Source of the DNA: Candidatus Bathyarchaeota archaeon
GTDB lineage: Archaea; Thermoproteota; Bathyarchaeia; 40CM-2-53-6
NCBI GenBank assembly: GCA_963833125.1
Contig: CAWHWX010000004.1
Coordinates: 187,249 to 251,248, forward strand
Length of the DNA: 64,000 bases
Direction: 5' to 3'
This document shows, one piece after another, positions 31,624-40,348 of the stretch (position 1 is the stretch's first letter; the number at the start of each line of letters is the position of its first letter). A program made the translations under genes and the position numbers. The notes below the pieces were generated by a model. The model ran no database searches. It saw only the letters and a list, made by a program, of their open reading frames with translations, and was not told the DNA's origin.

Positions 31624-32773
31624 TTAAGATTTCTTGATATCCTGTTTCGCATTCTGAATTATGGTAAGCCATTTGTCTTTGCCCTTGACTTCTATTCCTG
31701 CTCTCTCAGCAGGGGTTTGACCTTTCAACGCCATGTGTGGGCGTATGTAGTTGTGGTAAATCCGCATACCTATCAAGATTGGTGTGTCGGGTGTTTCTAG
31801 GGTTCGCATAACCTTCTCTCTATCGCGAATTTCTCCGTTGAAGCGTTCCATTTTGTTGTTGTGAACTTGACCGTTCATGCGGATTTCTCTGATGTGTTCG
31901 GTTCCGTTGCCGTCGTGTCCAGAACTCTTTCGTGTACGCTTCGTGAAAGTTCGGTGCACCATCGGTTATTAGGGTCTTAGGCTGTTTGTCTGCAATCGCT
32001 TTTCCTAACTTGAATAGTGGGCGTAGGTCGGCAGTGAATTTAGTGTCAGCTACTTCCTGAGCTATCCAGAATCTTGTTTGGTCGTCCATGAGAGCGTAGA
32101 GGTACTTGAGGTTACCTTTCACTTTCAGAAACACTTCATCCGCACGCCAAGTGTCACTAACATTCGGTGTGATCTTGTCGAGATACTTCTCCATAAGTGC
32201 GGAGTATTTCTTTATCCACATGAACACGGTCTTGTAGCTAACTTGAACTCCAAGCAGCTGCAACGATCTAGCAGTATTCCGTAGGCTCTCACCTGAGAAG
32301 TAGAGTTGCATAGCCGTCGTAATTCCCTGTGGACTATGCTTCATACGCTCGAATCCAATGTTCACGCTGAAAGTCCGGTTACAATCAGCGCATAGGAATC
32401 GCTGTATGTCACCGTATTTGTTGTGTCTGATTCCGAACCTTTTCAATTCCTTATCGGAGTGACAGTAGATACAAGCAGTGATCTCGACAGGTTGAATGAC
32501 TACGTTTTCTCTTACCTTTTCTCGTAACTGTTCTCGTATCTGGCAAGCTATGATATGCTTGCACCGATGGACTTGATGTTGCTCTAAGACTCGGTAGTGG
32601 AAGTCTAAGCAGTTACACAGCCAATAGCCGCTTTCTCTCTTGACCACATCATAACAACCATCCCTACTTTGTGAAGCAACTTTGTAGTGTTGCTCATCCA
32701 TCTGTTGAATTTGGCTCGGATTCTCAGCGATCAATCGCCCCTTTTCTTCACGGGAGAGAACGGCTTGCATCAC
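31624..32773 (-). CDS. DDE transposase, archaeal IS6-like, with N-terminal SWIM zinc finger, C4 zinc ribbon and HTH (frameshift near 31910)
   Basis: CNCLDF...CKH (SWIM); CIYC...CADC; ESLRNTAR HTH; WRADE...ITDG...NNKMERFNG catalytic triad; YHNYIRPH...TPAE. Confidence 0.92.
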
Positions 32774-32784
32774 TCTTTTCCTCT

Positions 32785-32836
32785 GTTACGATATAGTAAC
32801 GCAACATAAATATAAGGCTTGTTACCATATGGTAAT
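32785..32836. promoter_or_regulatory. Divergent promoter with twin palindromic operators
   Basis: GTTACGATATAGTAAC (32785-32800) and GTTACCATATGGTAAT (32821-32836) flank the AT-rich ATAAATATAA (32806-32815). Confidence 0.7.
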
Positions 32837-32846
32837 ATGAAGCATC

Positions 32847-33035
32847 TTGGTACGAAAAGAGATTCTCGGAACCAGCGAAAGGAAAACTCTGGAAGCGTAC
32901 TTGAAAGGGGAACGATTGAAGGGCTACAATGTCCTACTATGGCGCATCCGTCAATTAGGTCTTAAAGCAATCATTGAGGGTTGCGAGAAAGACCTAACTC
33001 TACTCAAGAAGCTCCTGCATAATGGTAAGTCGTGA
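32847..33035 (+). CDS. Small basic helical protein divergent from the transposase (putative element regulator)
   Basis: 62-aa ORF starting 10 bp after the second palindrome. Confidence 0.65.
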   Translation: MVRKEILGTSERKTLEAYLKGERLKGYNVLLWRIRQLGLKAIIEGCEKDLTLLKKLLHNGKS

Positions 33036-33044
33036 AATCTCACT

Positions 33045-33806
33045 ATGGATAGCGTGACCCAGAAGAACAACAATCAACAAGTCAAGGGCAGTCGTCTTGT
33101 TCTCGCAATCGACCTTGCGATTCTTGGCATCTTCTTATTTTCGCTTCTCGCAGCAGGATACAGCTATACCGCATCCAGCACTTATGTTCAAAGTCTGGCT
33201 CAAGGTGAGGCTAATGCCGCGAACATTCCAACTTGGGTTATTGCTTACAATTTCACGACCCAAGATGTGTTCAGTGCATTGAACCCGATAACTGTGGACG
33301 TAATTGTACATGTTTATCCCACTTATTTCAAATCCTACCCAAATGAAACATTTGCAAACTTCCCTCGTATTGTGTACGTCTACTTTCCAGCAGCCATACC
33401 AATTACTGTAACTTACCCTCTAACCGGCCCTGTAACCGTCACTCAAGCACGATATTCTCAGTACGGCGAAATTCTTGGGGCTCCAATGGAGTTAGTGAAA
33501 AGACCCGACAACACTTGGAGAAACAGCACAAAAATAATGTACGCTCAAGAAGGCCAAACTTGTGCATTCCTAAACGTGGAGCAATTGTACTCTGTTAGTT
33601 GCGTAGGTTCTGCCCCTCTTTTGACAATTTCCAGCGTTGCCGCACTCTACCAATTTCAAGCGAACAGGCTAACACTCAGTTTGACATGGTTAGTTTTCGC
33701 ATTCACTGTGATTCTCTGCCGCGACTTCTACCCTGAGTTCGCACGGAACTTTCAGCGGGTCTTGCGAGATCGGCGCGAAAAGACACTACAAGTACTCCCA
33801 ACATGA
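33045..33806 (+). CDS. Passenger gene: hypothetical membrane protein (TM, extracellular domain, TM)
   Basis: 253-aa ORF with N- and C-terminal hydrophobic helices, inside the TIRs. Confidence 0.7.
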   Translation: MDSVTQKNNNQQVKGSRLVLAIDLAILGIFLFSLLAAGYSYTASSTYVQSLAQGEANAANIPTWVIAYNFTTQDVFSALNPITVDVIVHVYPTYFKSYPNETFANFPRIVYVYFPAAIPITVTYPLTGPVTVTQARYSQYGEILGAPMELVKRPDNTWRNSTKIMYAQEGQTCAFLNVEQLYSVSCVGSAPLLTISSVAALYQFQANRLTLSLTWLVFAFTVILCRDFYPEFARNFQRVLRDRREKTLQVLPT

Positions 33807-34011
33807 TTATCAAACCAAAACTGAAAGTTCCTAGACCCAAGCACAGCACAACGGTCGAATAGGCTGCAAGCCAAGGAGTAATTACGAAACCGACCCACAA
33901 CACCATTACGAGCGTACCTAGACATATAGTAAACGGCGCAATTTCACCAAGATTTCGCTCAAACAGCGACCGAGTATTTTTCGTTCACTTTTACGCTTCT
34001 CGCGGACGTTC

Positions 34012-34072
34012 CATCAACCGAACGGTAACAGTCGGATTCTATCCCGCTATCAACCGTGAACGTAACGTTACC
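34012..34072 (-). repeat. Right terminal inverted repeat (bipartite)
   Basis: Inner 19-mer (34012-34030) is the exact reverse complement of 31048-31066; outer 24-mer (34049-34072) matches 31006-31029 at 22/24; same 18-bp spacer. Confidence 0.88.
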
Positions 34073-34080
34073 TTACGTAA
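34073..34080. repeat. Target site duplication, right copy (TTACGTAA)
   Basis: Identical to 30998-31005. Confidence 0.85.
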
Positions 34081-34315
34081 GGTAACGTGAAGTTGTCGGT
34101 TGACCGTTTCCTTTGTGAAAAATCGGTTGATTTGCTACTTCACGGATGAAATCAATCCAGAACCCTTTAGGCATCGGATCAGGATCAGACGACAAACAAG
34201 CTCATGAATTCCACATGGCGATAACATCCTTTTGAACGCTTAGGCAAGAGAAGTCAGCGGACGGTTTGTTACAGCCCCAAGAAATGAGCATAACAGACGA
34301 GGACGTTAAGTTACC
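34081..34315. mobile_element. Putative non-autonomous (MITE-like) or relic element of the same family
   Basis: Begins GGTAACGTGAAGTTGTCGGTTGAC (21/24 to the outer TIR); degenerate inverted end at 34292-34315 (17/24); no ORF. Confidence 0.5.
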
Positions 34316-34367
34316 TTATACTTTCCGGTCCTAATCCAATCGTTTCAGTAGCTCTTGAGGAACGGCC

Positions 34368-35243
34368 TCATCTCAAGAGCGACCGAGTTTCGACGGAGGA
34401 GTTCGGCCTAGTTCTCCGTCTAAGGACTCCGTACGCGAGCACGGTGAGGACTGCGATTAGCGGTAATCCTAACGGGTATTCAGGGATCGGCGCAACGGGT
34501 GCGCTGAAGGCGGCTCCTACCTCCACCCAAAAGTCGGAGCCTGTTGACCCGCTAATAGTAATTGTTCCCGGGAAAGTGGTTGGAGATGAGAGGGGGTCCG
34601 CAATCTCCACGGCAGAACACGTGTTCGATGGATTGGGGGCGGTGACGTAGGAGAATCCAGAACCCGGGTTAATTGCTTCCATCCCACACAATCCGAGTCC
34701 TACAACCGCGATTAGGAAAGCAGGAGGCGTGAAAGAGGTTGATGAGGTTGCAATCGACGACGATGGGGGCGGACCCGAAGTTCCAGTCCCGGTCGATACG
34801 CTTGGGGGAGTTACTCCGGAGACCTCGAAGAGGTAGACATCAAGAACATTTGCAGCTGGGCCTATGCTCACCGTTACAGTGTCAGAACAAGGACAACCTC
34901 CAGAAGAGATAGTGGCGTAATAGATGGCGGAAGTGAACAACGTCAAAGTACTATCGACAAGCTCAACAGCCTTATTGTAGGAAGAACCGAGGCTGTCCGT
35001 AACAGAAGAGACGGTTTCTAAACTATTTTGAATAAGGATCCCCACGACAACTACATCCCCGCTGGTTACAGGCATCACGAACGCCTTAGAGGCGGTGGTA
35101 ACGAAGGTGGGAATACCACTTTCTTGAGTTGTCTGCTGAACGACCGAAACGCTGGCATGAACTTGGGTAGCCAACAGTACGGGGCCGAACCCAGCTATCA
35201 ACAATGCTGCGAAAATTAACCGAATTATTTGCGGATAGGCCAA
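34368..35243 (-). CDS. Secreted Ser/Thr-rich surface protein with a PEF-CTERM-like tail
   Basis: Signal peptide; C-terminal APIPEYP + TM + RRRTR. Confidence 0.78.
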   Translation of the reverse strand: MAYPQIIRLIFAALLIAGFGPVLLATQVHASVSVVQQTTQESGIPTFVTTASKAFVMPVTSGDVVVVGILIQNSLETVSSVTDSLGSSYNKAVELVDSTLTLFTSAIYYATISSGGCPCSDTVTVSIGPAANVLDVYLFEVSGVTPPSVSTGTGTSGPPPSSSIATSSTSFTPPAFLIAVVGLGLCGMEAINPGSGFSYVTAPNPSNTCSAVEIADPLSSPTTFPGTITISGSTGSDFWVEVGAAFSAPVAPIPEYPLGLPLIAVLTVLAYGVLRRRTRPNSSVETRSLLR

Positions 35244-35314
35244 ACCCAGCTGACTAATGAATCTAGGTTACGCGTTGCGTATATAAGCCCATGTCTCCGC
35301 TGCCGAAGAATCAA

Positions 35315-35841
35315 GGTAACGGTACTGTTGCATTCTAGTCAGTTCTTACGCTTACTGGCGTTCTGAATCAGAGTCAACCACTTGTTTTCACCTTCAATCT
35401 TGATTCCCGCAACCTCAGCAGGAGTTTTTCCTTTCAACGCTTCGTGCGGTCTAATGTAATTGTGAAAGATTTGCATACCTGAAAGAATGGCCGTATCAGG
35501 CTTTTCTAAAGTTCGCATGACCTTCTCTCTTTGACGTAATTCTCCATTCATTCTGTCCATCTTGTTGTTGTGGCGAACTCCGTTGAATGCAATCTCTCGG
35601 ATGTGCTCTGTTCTGTTTGCGATCTTGTTTGTTCGAAATTCTTGTTCGTAGGCTTCGTGAAAGTTCGGCGCTCCATCGGTTATGAGAGTCTTAGGATTCT
35701 TCTCAGCAACTCGTTTACCTTGTTGAATAGAGACCGTTAGGTCGGCTGTGAATTTGGTGTCAGCTACTTGCACTATCCAGAAACGTGTTCGTTCATCTAT
35801 CATGGCATAAAGATACCGAGTCCCGTTTGACCTTGAGGAAT
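35315..35841 (-). mobile_element. Truncated second IS6-like element
   Basis: End-like GGTAACGGTACTGTTG at 35315, just past the stop codon of a transposase C-terminal fragment. Confidence 0.7.
35339..35841 (-). pseudogene. IS6-like transposase C-terminal fragment
   Basis: FLKVK...YLYAM...VADTKFTADL...KTLITDGAPNFHEAY...HNYIRPH, clearly paralogous to 31624-32773; N-terminal half and first catalytic Asp missing. Confidence 0.88.
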
Positions 35842-35882
35842 AGCAAGAGAAACTGGATACTCGGCTAAGTCAATTTAAATAA

Positions 35883-36356
35883 TTGACTGAGTCAAGCATT
35901 TTTGAACGAATAATGTCTAGACAGTCAAATCGAGTTCTCTCCGGAGTGAGGCGGAGTTTTCGCTCTCAAGGAATCATGAAACGTCTGGGCGCTCATATTA
36001 CGCGGCTCAACAAGGGTCTTGTTGAGATTTCAGCGCAGAATCGTCCAGACCTTAGGCAACAAGATGGTTTTGTGCATGCCGGCGTTCTAGCGACGTTACT
36101 CGACAGCGCTGGCGGTTATGCAGTCCTATCTTTGCTGCCGCGCGGCTCTAGAGTGCTTGCCGTTGAGTTCAAGATCAATTTCACGAGACCCGCCGTAGGA
36201 GAGAGAATGCGTGTTGTTGGAAGAGTCCGGAGGCTAGGAAGAAGGATAGCGGTTTGCGAGCTCGAGGCATTCATGAACGAGAAGAGAAAATGGGTGTCTT
36301 GCGCGTGGGGATCCCAAACGGTCTACTGCATTAGGCCAGATGGCACCCATGATTGA
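35883..36356 (+). CDS. PaaI family hotdog-fold thioesterase
   Basis: QQDGFVHAGVLATLLDSAGGYA...VEFKINFTRPA. Confidence 0.9.
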   Translation: MTESSIFERIMSRQSNRVLSGVRRSFRSQGIMKRLGAHITRLNKGLVEISAQNRPDLRQQDGFVHAGVLATLLDSAGGYAVLSLLPRGSRVLAVEFKINFTRPAVGERMRVVGRVRRLGRRIAVCELEAFMNEKRKWVSCAWGSQTVYCIRPDGTHD

Positions 36357-37278
36357 CACCGAGTTTAACCAGGACGCTTCGGCGTTTCGTCACTTCAACC
36401 GATTCTACACCCAAAAGGTCGGTGTGCTAGAGGAGGATTACCTATGTAGTCCACTCTCTCTCAGCAAAGTACGAGTGTTATACGAGCTTGCTCATCGACG
36501 AAAGGCCACTTCGACCGAGATTGGGAAAGTGTTGGGGCTAGATGCGGGCTACTTGAGCCGTATCGTCAATAATTTTGCTCAAGAGGGGCTTATCGATAGC
36601 AAACCTTCCAAAACGGACGGTCGGCAAACCATTTTGCGGCTCACGAAGCAAGGCCTCAAGATATTCGCAACTCTCAACGCACGGGCAGAAGAAAAGGCCT
36701 CGACAATCCTAAATCCGTTAGCGACGAACGACCGAAACCGCCTCTTCAACGCAATGCGAACCGTGGAATCAGTTCTCGGCGGTCAACATGATAATGAATC
36801 ATCGTACGTATTGCGAACTCCCCACGCAGGCGATCTGGGTTGGATAGTACATCGGCATGGCGCCCTGTATTTCGAAGAATACGGGTGGGATGAACGTTTC
36901 GAGGCACTGGTCGCCGGCATCATAGCCGGCTTCGTTCAACACCATGATGACAAGCGCGAACGATGCTGGATCGCCGAGAAAGACGGTGAAATCGTGGGTT
37001 GCGTGTTTCTCGTAAAGAAATCTGCCACAGTGGCCCAACTGCGACTCTTGCTGGTAGAGCCAAAAGAGCGAGGTTTGGGAATAGGTACTCGACTTGTTGA
37101 TGAATGCACAGCCTTCGCTAGGTCGACCGGGTATCGGAGCATCGTACTCTGGACTAATAGCGTTCTTCATGCTGCACGACACACTTACGAAAAGGCGGGC
37201 TATCGACTCGTTCGCAAGAAACACCATCACAGCTTCGGGCATGACTTGATAGGAGAAACATGGGAGCTCAAACTGTGA
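36340..37278 (+). CDS. MarR HTH / GNAT acetyltransferase fusion
   Basis: FNRFYT...LDAGYLSRI...DGRQ (MarR); LRLLLVEPKERGLGIG...LWTNSVL (GNAT). Confidence 0.92.
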   Translation: MAPMIDTEFNQDASAFRHFNRFYTQKVGVLEEDYLCSPLSLSKVRVLYELAHRRKATSTEIGKVLGLDAGYLSRIVNNFAQEGLIDSKPSKTDGRQTILRLTKQGLKIFATLNARAEEKASTILNPLATNDRNRLFNAMRTVESVLGGQHDNESSYVLRTPHAGDLGWIVHRHGALYFEEYGWDERFEALVAGIIAGFVQHHDDKRERCWIAEKDGEIVGCVFLVKKSATVAQLRLLLVEPKERGLGIGTRLVDECTAFARSTGYRSIVLWTNSVLHAARHTYEKAGYRLVRKKHHHSFGHDLIGETWELKL

Positions 37279-37623
37279 GTGAATGGTATGGAAGGAATTT
37301 GTATTAGAAATCCCCCTCGTCCCGATGACACTATGAATGATTTTCTTACCGGTAACATCAAGTTAACGGTTCTTAAGAGATTCCTCTTGTTTTCTGTTCG
37401 GAATCAAGAGGGTGGATCCCCCTCGAGGGGTGGTGCCAAACAGTGCCAAACGAAGGTAACCCTCGCCTCATTTTACCCCCGATCCCCAACGAAGCGATTT
37501 GACAGCAACCGACGAATGATGTATCTTACAACATCCCCCGTAACCTTTCCACCTGGTAGAATGTGCCCCATACTCCAAGAAGATGTATAGGCCACGGAAC
37601 GCATGTGGTTTCATGTCTGTTAG

Positions 37624-37914
37624 GTGTTGCAGATGGGTCGCCTCGTCAAGGTCGCGCAAAACGTGGAGGATAGGGTTGGTGCAATCAGGCAACAATCCGA
37701 ACCTAAGCTTAAACTCAAAATGAGAGAGGCCAAGGCCGAATGGTTGGAGCTCAAGAGTCGAAGTAAAAGTTCTTCTTGGGTGAGGGCGGAGCTTCACACG
37801 AGAGCTACTATCGCCAGAGCGGATGCGAAACTAAGACACGGTGCCGACCAAAGTATTGGAAGAATCATCATGGAACTCGAAAGAGCAAGGCGAAAACTCG
37901 TACAGGCCTCGTAA
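37624..37914 (+). CDS. Hypothetical basic helical protein
   Basis: 96-aa ORF; no recognisable motif. Confidence 0.4.
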   Translation: MLQMGRLVKVAQNVEDRVGAIRQQSEPKLKLKMREAKAEWLELKSRSKSSSWVRAELHTRATIARADAKLRHGADQSIGRIIMELERARRKLVQAS

Positions 37915-38090
37915 TGCACGAACTCACATACTTCAATCAATTTTGGGGTCAGAAATTCAGTTTAAGCTTGAACGTTCACCGACTTCGTGGCATAAGTCCG
38001 TTCATTTGCTATATATTCTACTTTTGACACAAGGTCGAGGTGTACATAAATCGACCTGTGGGAAGATCATAGCGCGGAGAGAGTTGAAGT

Positions 38091-38252
38091 TTGGATGAAA
38101 TTGGTGGCGATCTATGCCCACGTTGCGGGCTCCGAACGCTCACCGTCTACTATGAAGACGAGACAGATCTTCAGCTCGGTGCCCACTGCGAAGAATGTGG
38201 TTTGAAAGGGTATTTCACGAATGGCAAGCTTGTTCAGGTAGCCACGGCCTAA
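38091..38252 (+). CDS. Small zinc-ribbon protein (53 aa; not in the ORF track)
   Basis: TTG start; MDEIGGDLCPRCGLRTLTVYYEDETDLQLGAHCEECGLKGYFTNGKLVQVATA*. Confidence 0.7.
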   Translation: MDEIGGDLCPRCGLRTLTVYYEDETDLQLGAHCEECGLKGYFTNGKLVQVATA

Positions 38253-38300
38253 CCGCAATCAATTAGCCGTTGGAGCTCTCTTTACTGAAAGTGAGCTTTC

Positions 38301-38774
38301 ATGAAGGTAGGACGTTTTCAGGTCATGGCGGTCCTTCAAGCGGCGAGGGCCAAGGAACTTGGATTCTCCGATACTCGTGCCAAGAGCTGGGGCCTCAATA
38401 GGGCAATCTTTTACGCCGCAGCCAAGCGGGGCTTCAAACACACGGCCCAACGCCCTAGAACAGCTGAACCTGGGAAGAAAATTGTTGCAAGAAGAGGCAA
38501 GGCCTACTTCCTAGGAAACGAAATGGGTTACACCACGAGAAAGGGCAACAGAATATACTTCACAATTGGAGATAGGTTGCAGACCGAGGCTGACTTCAAG
38601 CGTCAGATCGAGGCCAGGTTCGGAAAAGAGTTCGCTCACGCATGGAAGGAAGCGCTAACAATCATACGTCAATATCCAAAAGATGTCCTGCTATCTCAGA
38701 GCAGATTTTTCAGTGAAATTTATCGTCCGCGAAGGGACGAATTGGCTTCGAAATGGACTAAAGCAAGCGAGTAA
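38301..38774 (+). CDS. Hypothetical protein
   Basis: 157-aa basic ORF with GRFQVMAVLQAARA...SWGLNRAIFYAAAKRG. Confidence 0.75.
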   Translation: MKVGRFQVMAVLQAARAKELGFSDTRAKSWGLNRAIFYAAAKRGFKHTAQRPRTAEPGKKIVARRGKAYFLGNEMGYTTRKGNRIYFTIGDRLQTEADFKRQIEARFGKEFAHAWKEALTIIRQYPKDVLLSQSRFFSEIYRPRRDELASKWTKASE

Positions 38775-38808
38775 GAAACGAAGAAAAACCGGTAGGCAGT
38801 TTCGCTGG

Positions 38809-39195
38809 CTAGCCTACCATTTGGGTAATTTTCTTTGCGATATTGTTTTCCACATGTGTCGTCCAGAGCATTTCGGGCACGTCAACGGCTAAGAACAGTA
38901 CAGACAATACAAGCGCTTCGACTGCTGCGACTGCAATGTTCTGGATCCACTTTCCTATTCCGATAGTGATTGTGAAATCGTTGGGTTGGCCTGTAAGTGC
39001 GATGGTGAAGCACCTATCGGCGGTGATTATATCGCGTAGTATTCCCGCTTTTTGTGCTTGGATGACTGGTCCTGAAGTTCCCGTTGCTGACTGCACCTTG
39101 TATCCGTCACTCTTCAAGAAATCAGAAATCTGTTGAGCGAGTTGGGTTAGATCTTTGTTCTTTCCTTGAAATCGCATCTCTTTCTTGCCGATCAA
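38809..39195 (-). CDS. Hypothetical protein with a hydrophobic C-terminal segment
   Basis: 128-aa ORF. Confidence 0.7.
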   Translation of the reverse strand: MIGKKEMRFQGKNKDLTQLAQQISDFLKSDGYKVQSATGTSGPVIQAQKAGILRDIITADRCFTIALTGQPNDFTITIGIGKWIQNIAVAAVEALVLSVLFLAVDVPEMLWTTHVENNIAKKITQMVG

Positions 39196-39534
39196 AACAG
39201 ATTCACCTAATGGCCTACTTCAGGTAGTTGTCCTTTAAGTAGTTGTGGTCTGCGTGTGCGGTACGTGCGGCTGAAGGGTGCCGTTTCCTGTTCCAAGTTT
39301 CCAATAGGATAAGACGCCTTGCTGTGCTCGTGGCGCCCTCCAACGGGGCGGCCTGGTTGATTGGCCTCATTACCGCAAAAAAGCTGGACCTTTGCGGCTT
39401 TTATTAATTGGTAGAAAGAGTGGAGACCAGGAGAATCGCGATAACTCGTCCTACGGATATGGATGTTGAAAGGTGTATTCATAAATTGACCAGTTCATGA
39501 GGGAGTGGGTTAAATCGGTGGACCGACAAAACGA

Positions 39535-40348
39535 ATGCGATCTCGATTGTTGAGTCTAAAGCGAAAGTCGCTACTTGTTAGTCTGGTTGTTGCGACAATT
39601 GTCTTGGGCCTGAGTCCCCAGTTATCTTTCGCTCAATTCATACCGTGCAGAATTGTTAACCTCAAGCTGACCCTTCCAGACCTAGTTCAAGCGGGTCAGC
39701 CCTTTCAGATAACAACGACCCTAACCGTTTCATGCGACCCGAGCGTTGTGCCGGTCGTTAGAGTCGATCTGGTGGACGCAACTACCTCCAAAATCCTGAC
39801 AACCACATCGATTCCTTACTACCCGTCGTCTTCGAGCTTCATTGTTCCAGTAGATAGCCAATCGACGGCACGTAGCTCCCCTGGTAGCTGGGCGTTGCAG
39901 GTTCAAGCCTACGTTGTGAATGGAATTAACGGCGCGACGGCCGGCGTCGACTTCACAATTGTTCCAACTCAACGTTACACCTTACACCCCTCCAGTGACT
40001 ACAATGCAGACAAATCAGACGACTACACAGGTGTCAAGTGTCTCGTCAGCAGCGTCTTACTCATTCCCAACATTAACGACCGCTCAAGAAAATCAGACTC
40101 AAGCACTTCAAACGAGTCAGCCCATATCAAGCACATCTACGGCTCCAGACCTTACCGGTCAACTCTTGCCCGCCGTAGCGCTTGTTCTCGTAGCGCTAGC
40201 AATTTTTGCACTTCTATTCTATGCAGGAGGTAAGCGTGGCCGGAAGAGCAATGTGGGCGACAAACTTTGTGGGCAATGCGGTTCAAAAATCGAAGGAAAC
40301 ACCAGCTTCTGCACAAACTGCGGCACAAAGGTAACTAAGCGAAAATAA
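39535..40348 (+). CDS. Secreted Ig-like/Ser-Thr-stalk membrane protein with a cytoplasmic zinc ribbon (frameshift near 39945)
   Basis: Signal peptide; S/T/Q linker; TM; CGQCG...FCTNCG. Confidence 0.7.

Larger units (their letters stand above)
31006..34072. mobile_element. Cargo-carrying IS6-like transposon, 3067 bp
   Basis: Bipartite terminal inverted repeats, 8-bp flanking duplication, internal DDE transposase, a small divergent ORF and two passenger genes. Confidence 0.88.

Noticed and set aside
31890-31930. Programmed ribosomal frameshift in the transposase
   Set aside because: There is no slippery heptamer at the break, the break lies inside the catalytic domain, the paralogue at 35339 reads through this region in one frame, and indels are common across the window.
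33703-33990. Third passenger gene (small two-TM protein on the minus strand)
   Set aside because: Hydrophobic and plausible, but it overlaps the 33045-33806 gene by about 100 bp and lacks a clear upstream start. Not supportable without homologues.
34049-34104. Integron attC site or Xer dif site
   Set aside because: The palindrome is fully explained by two transposon ends around an 8-bp duplication. No tyrosine recombinase is present in the window, and the arms do not match dif or attC consensus.
31624-35841. Composite transposon formed by the two transposase copies
   Set aside because: The copies are clearly diverged and the second is truncated. The first element has its own complete ends and target duplication.
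37420-37462. Palindrome CCCCTCGAGGGG, tandem GTGCCAAAC repeat and a further AAGGTAAC
   Set aside because: Short motifs with no extension into the TIR consensus; could be chance.
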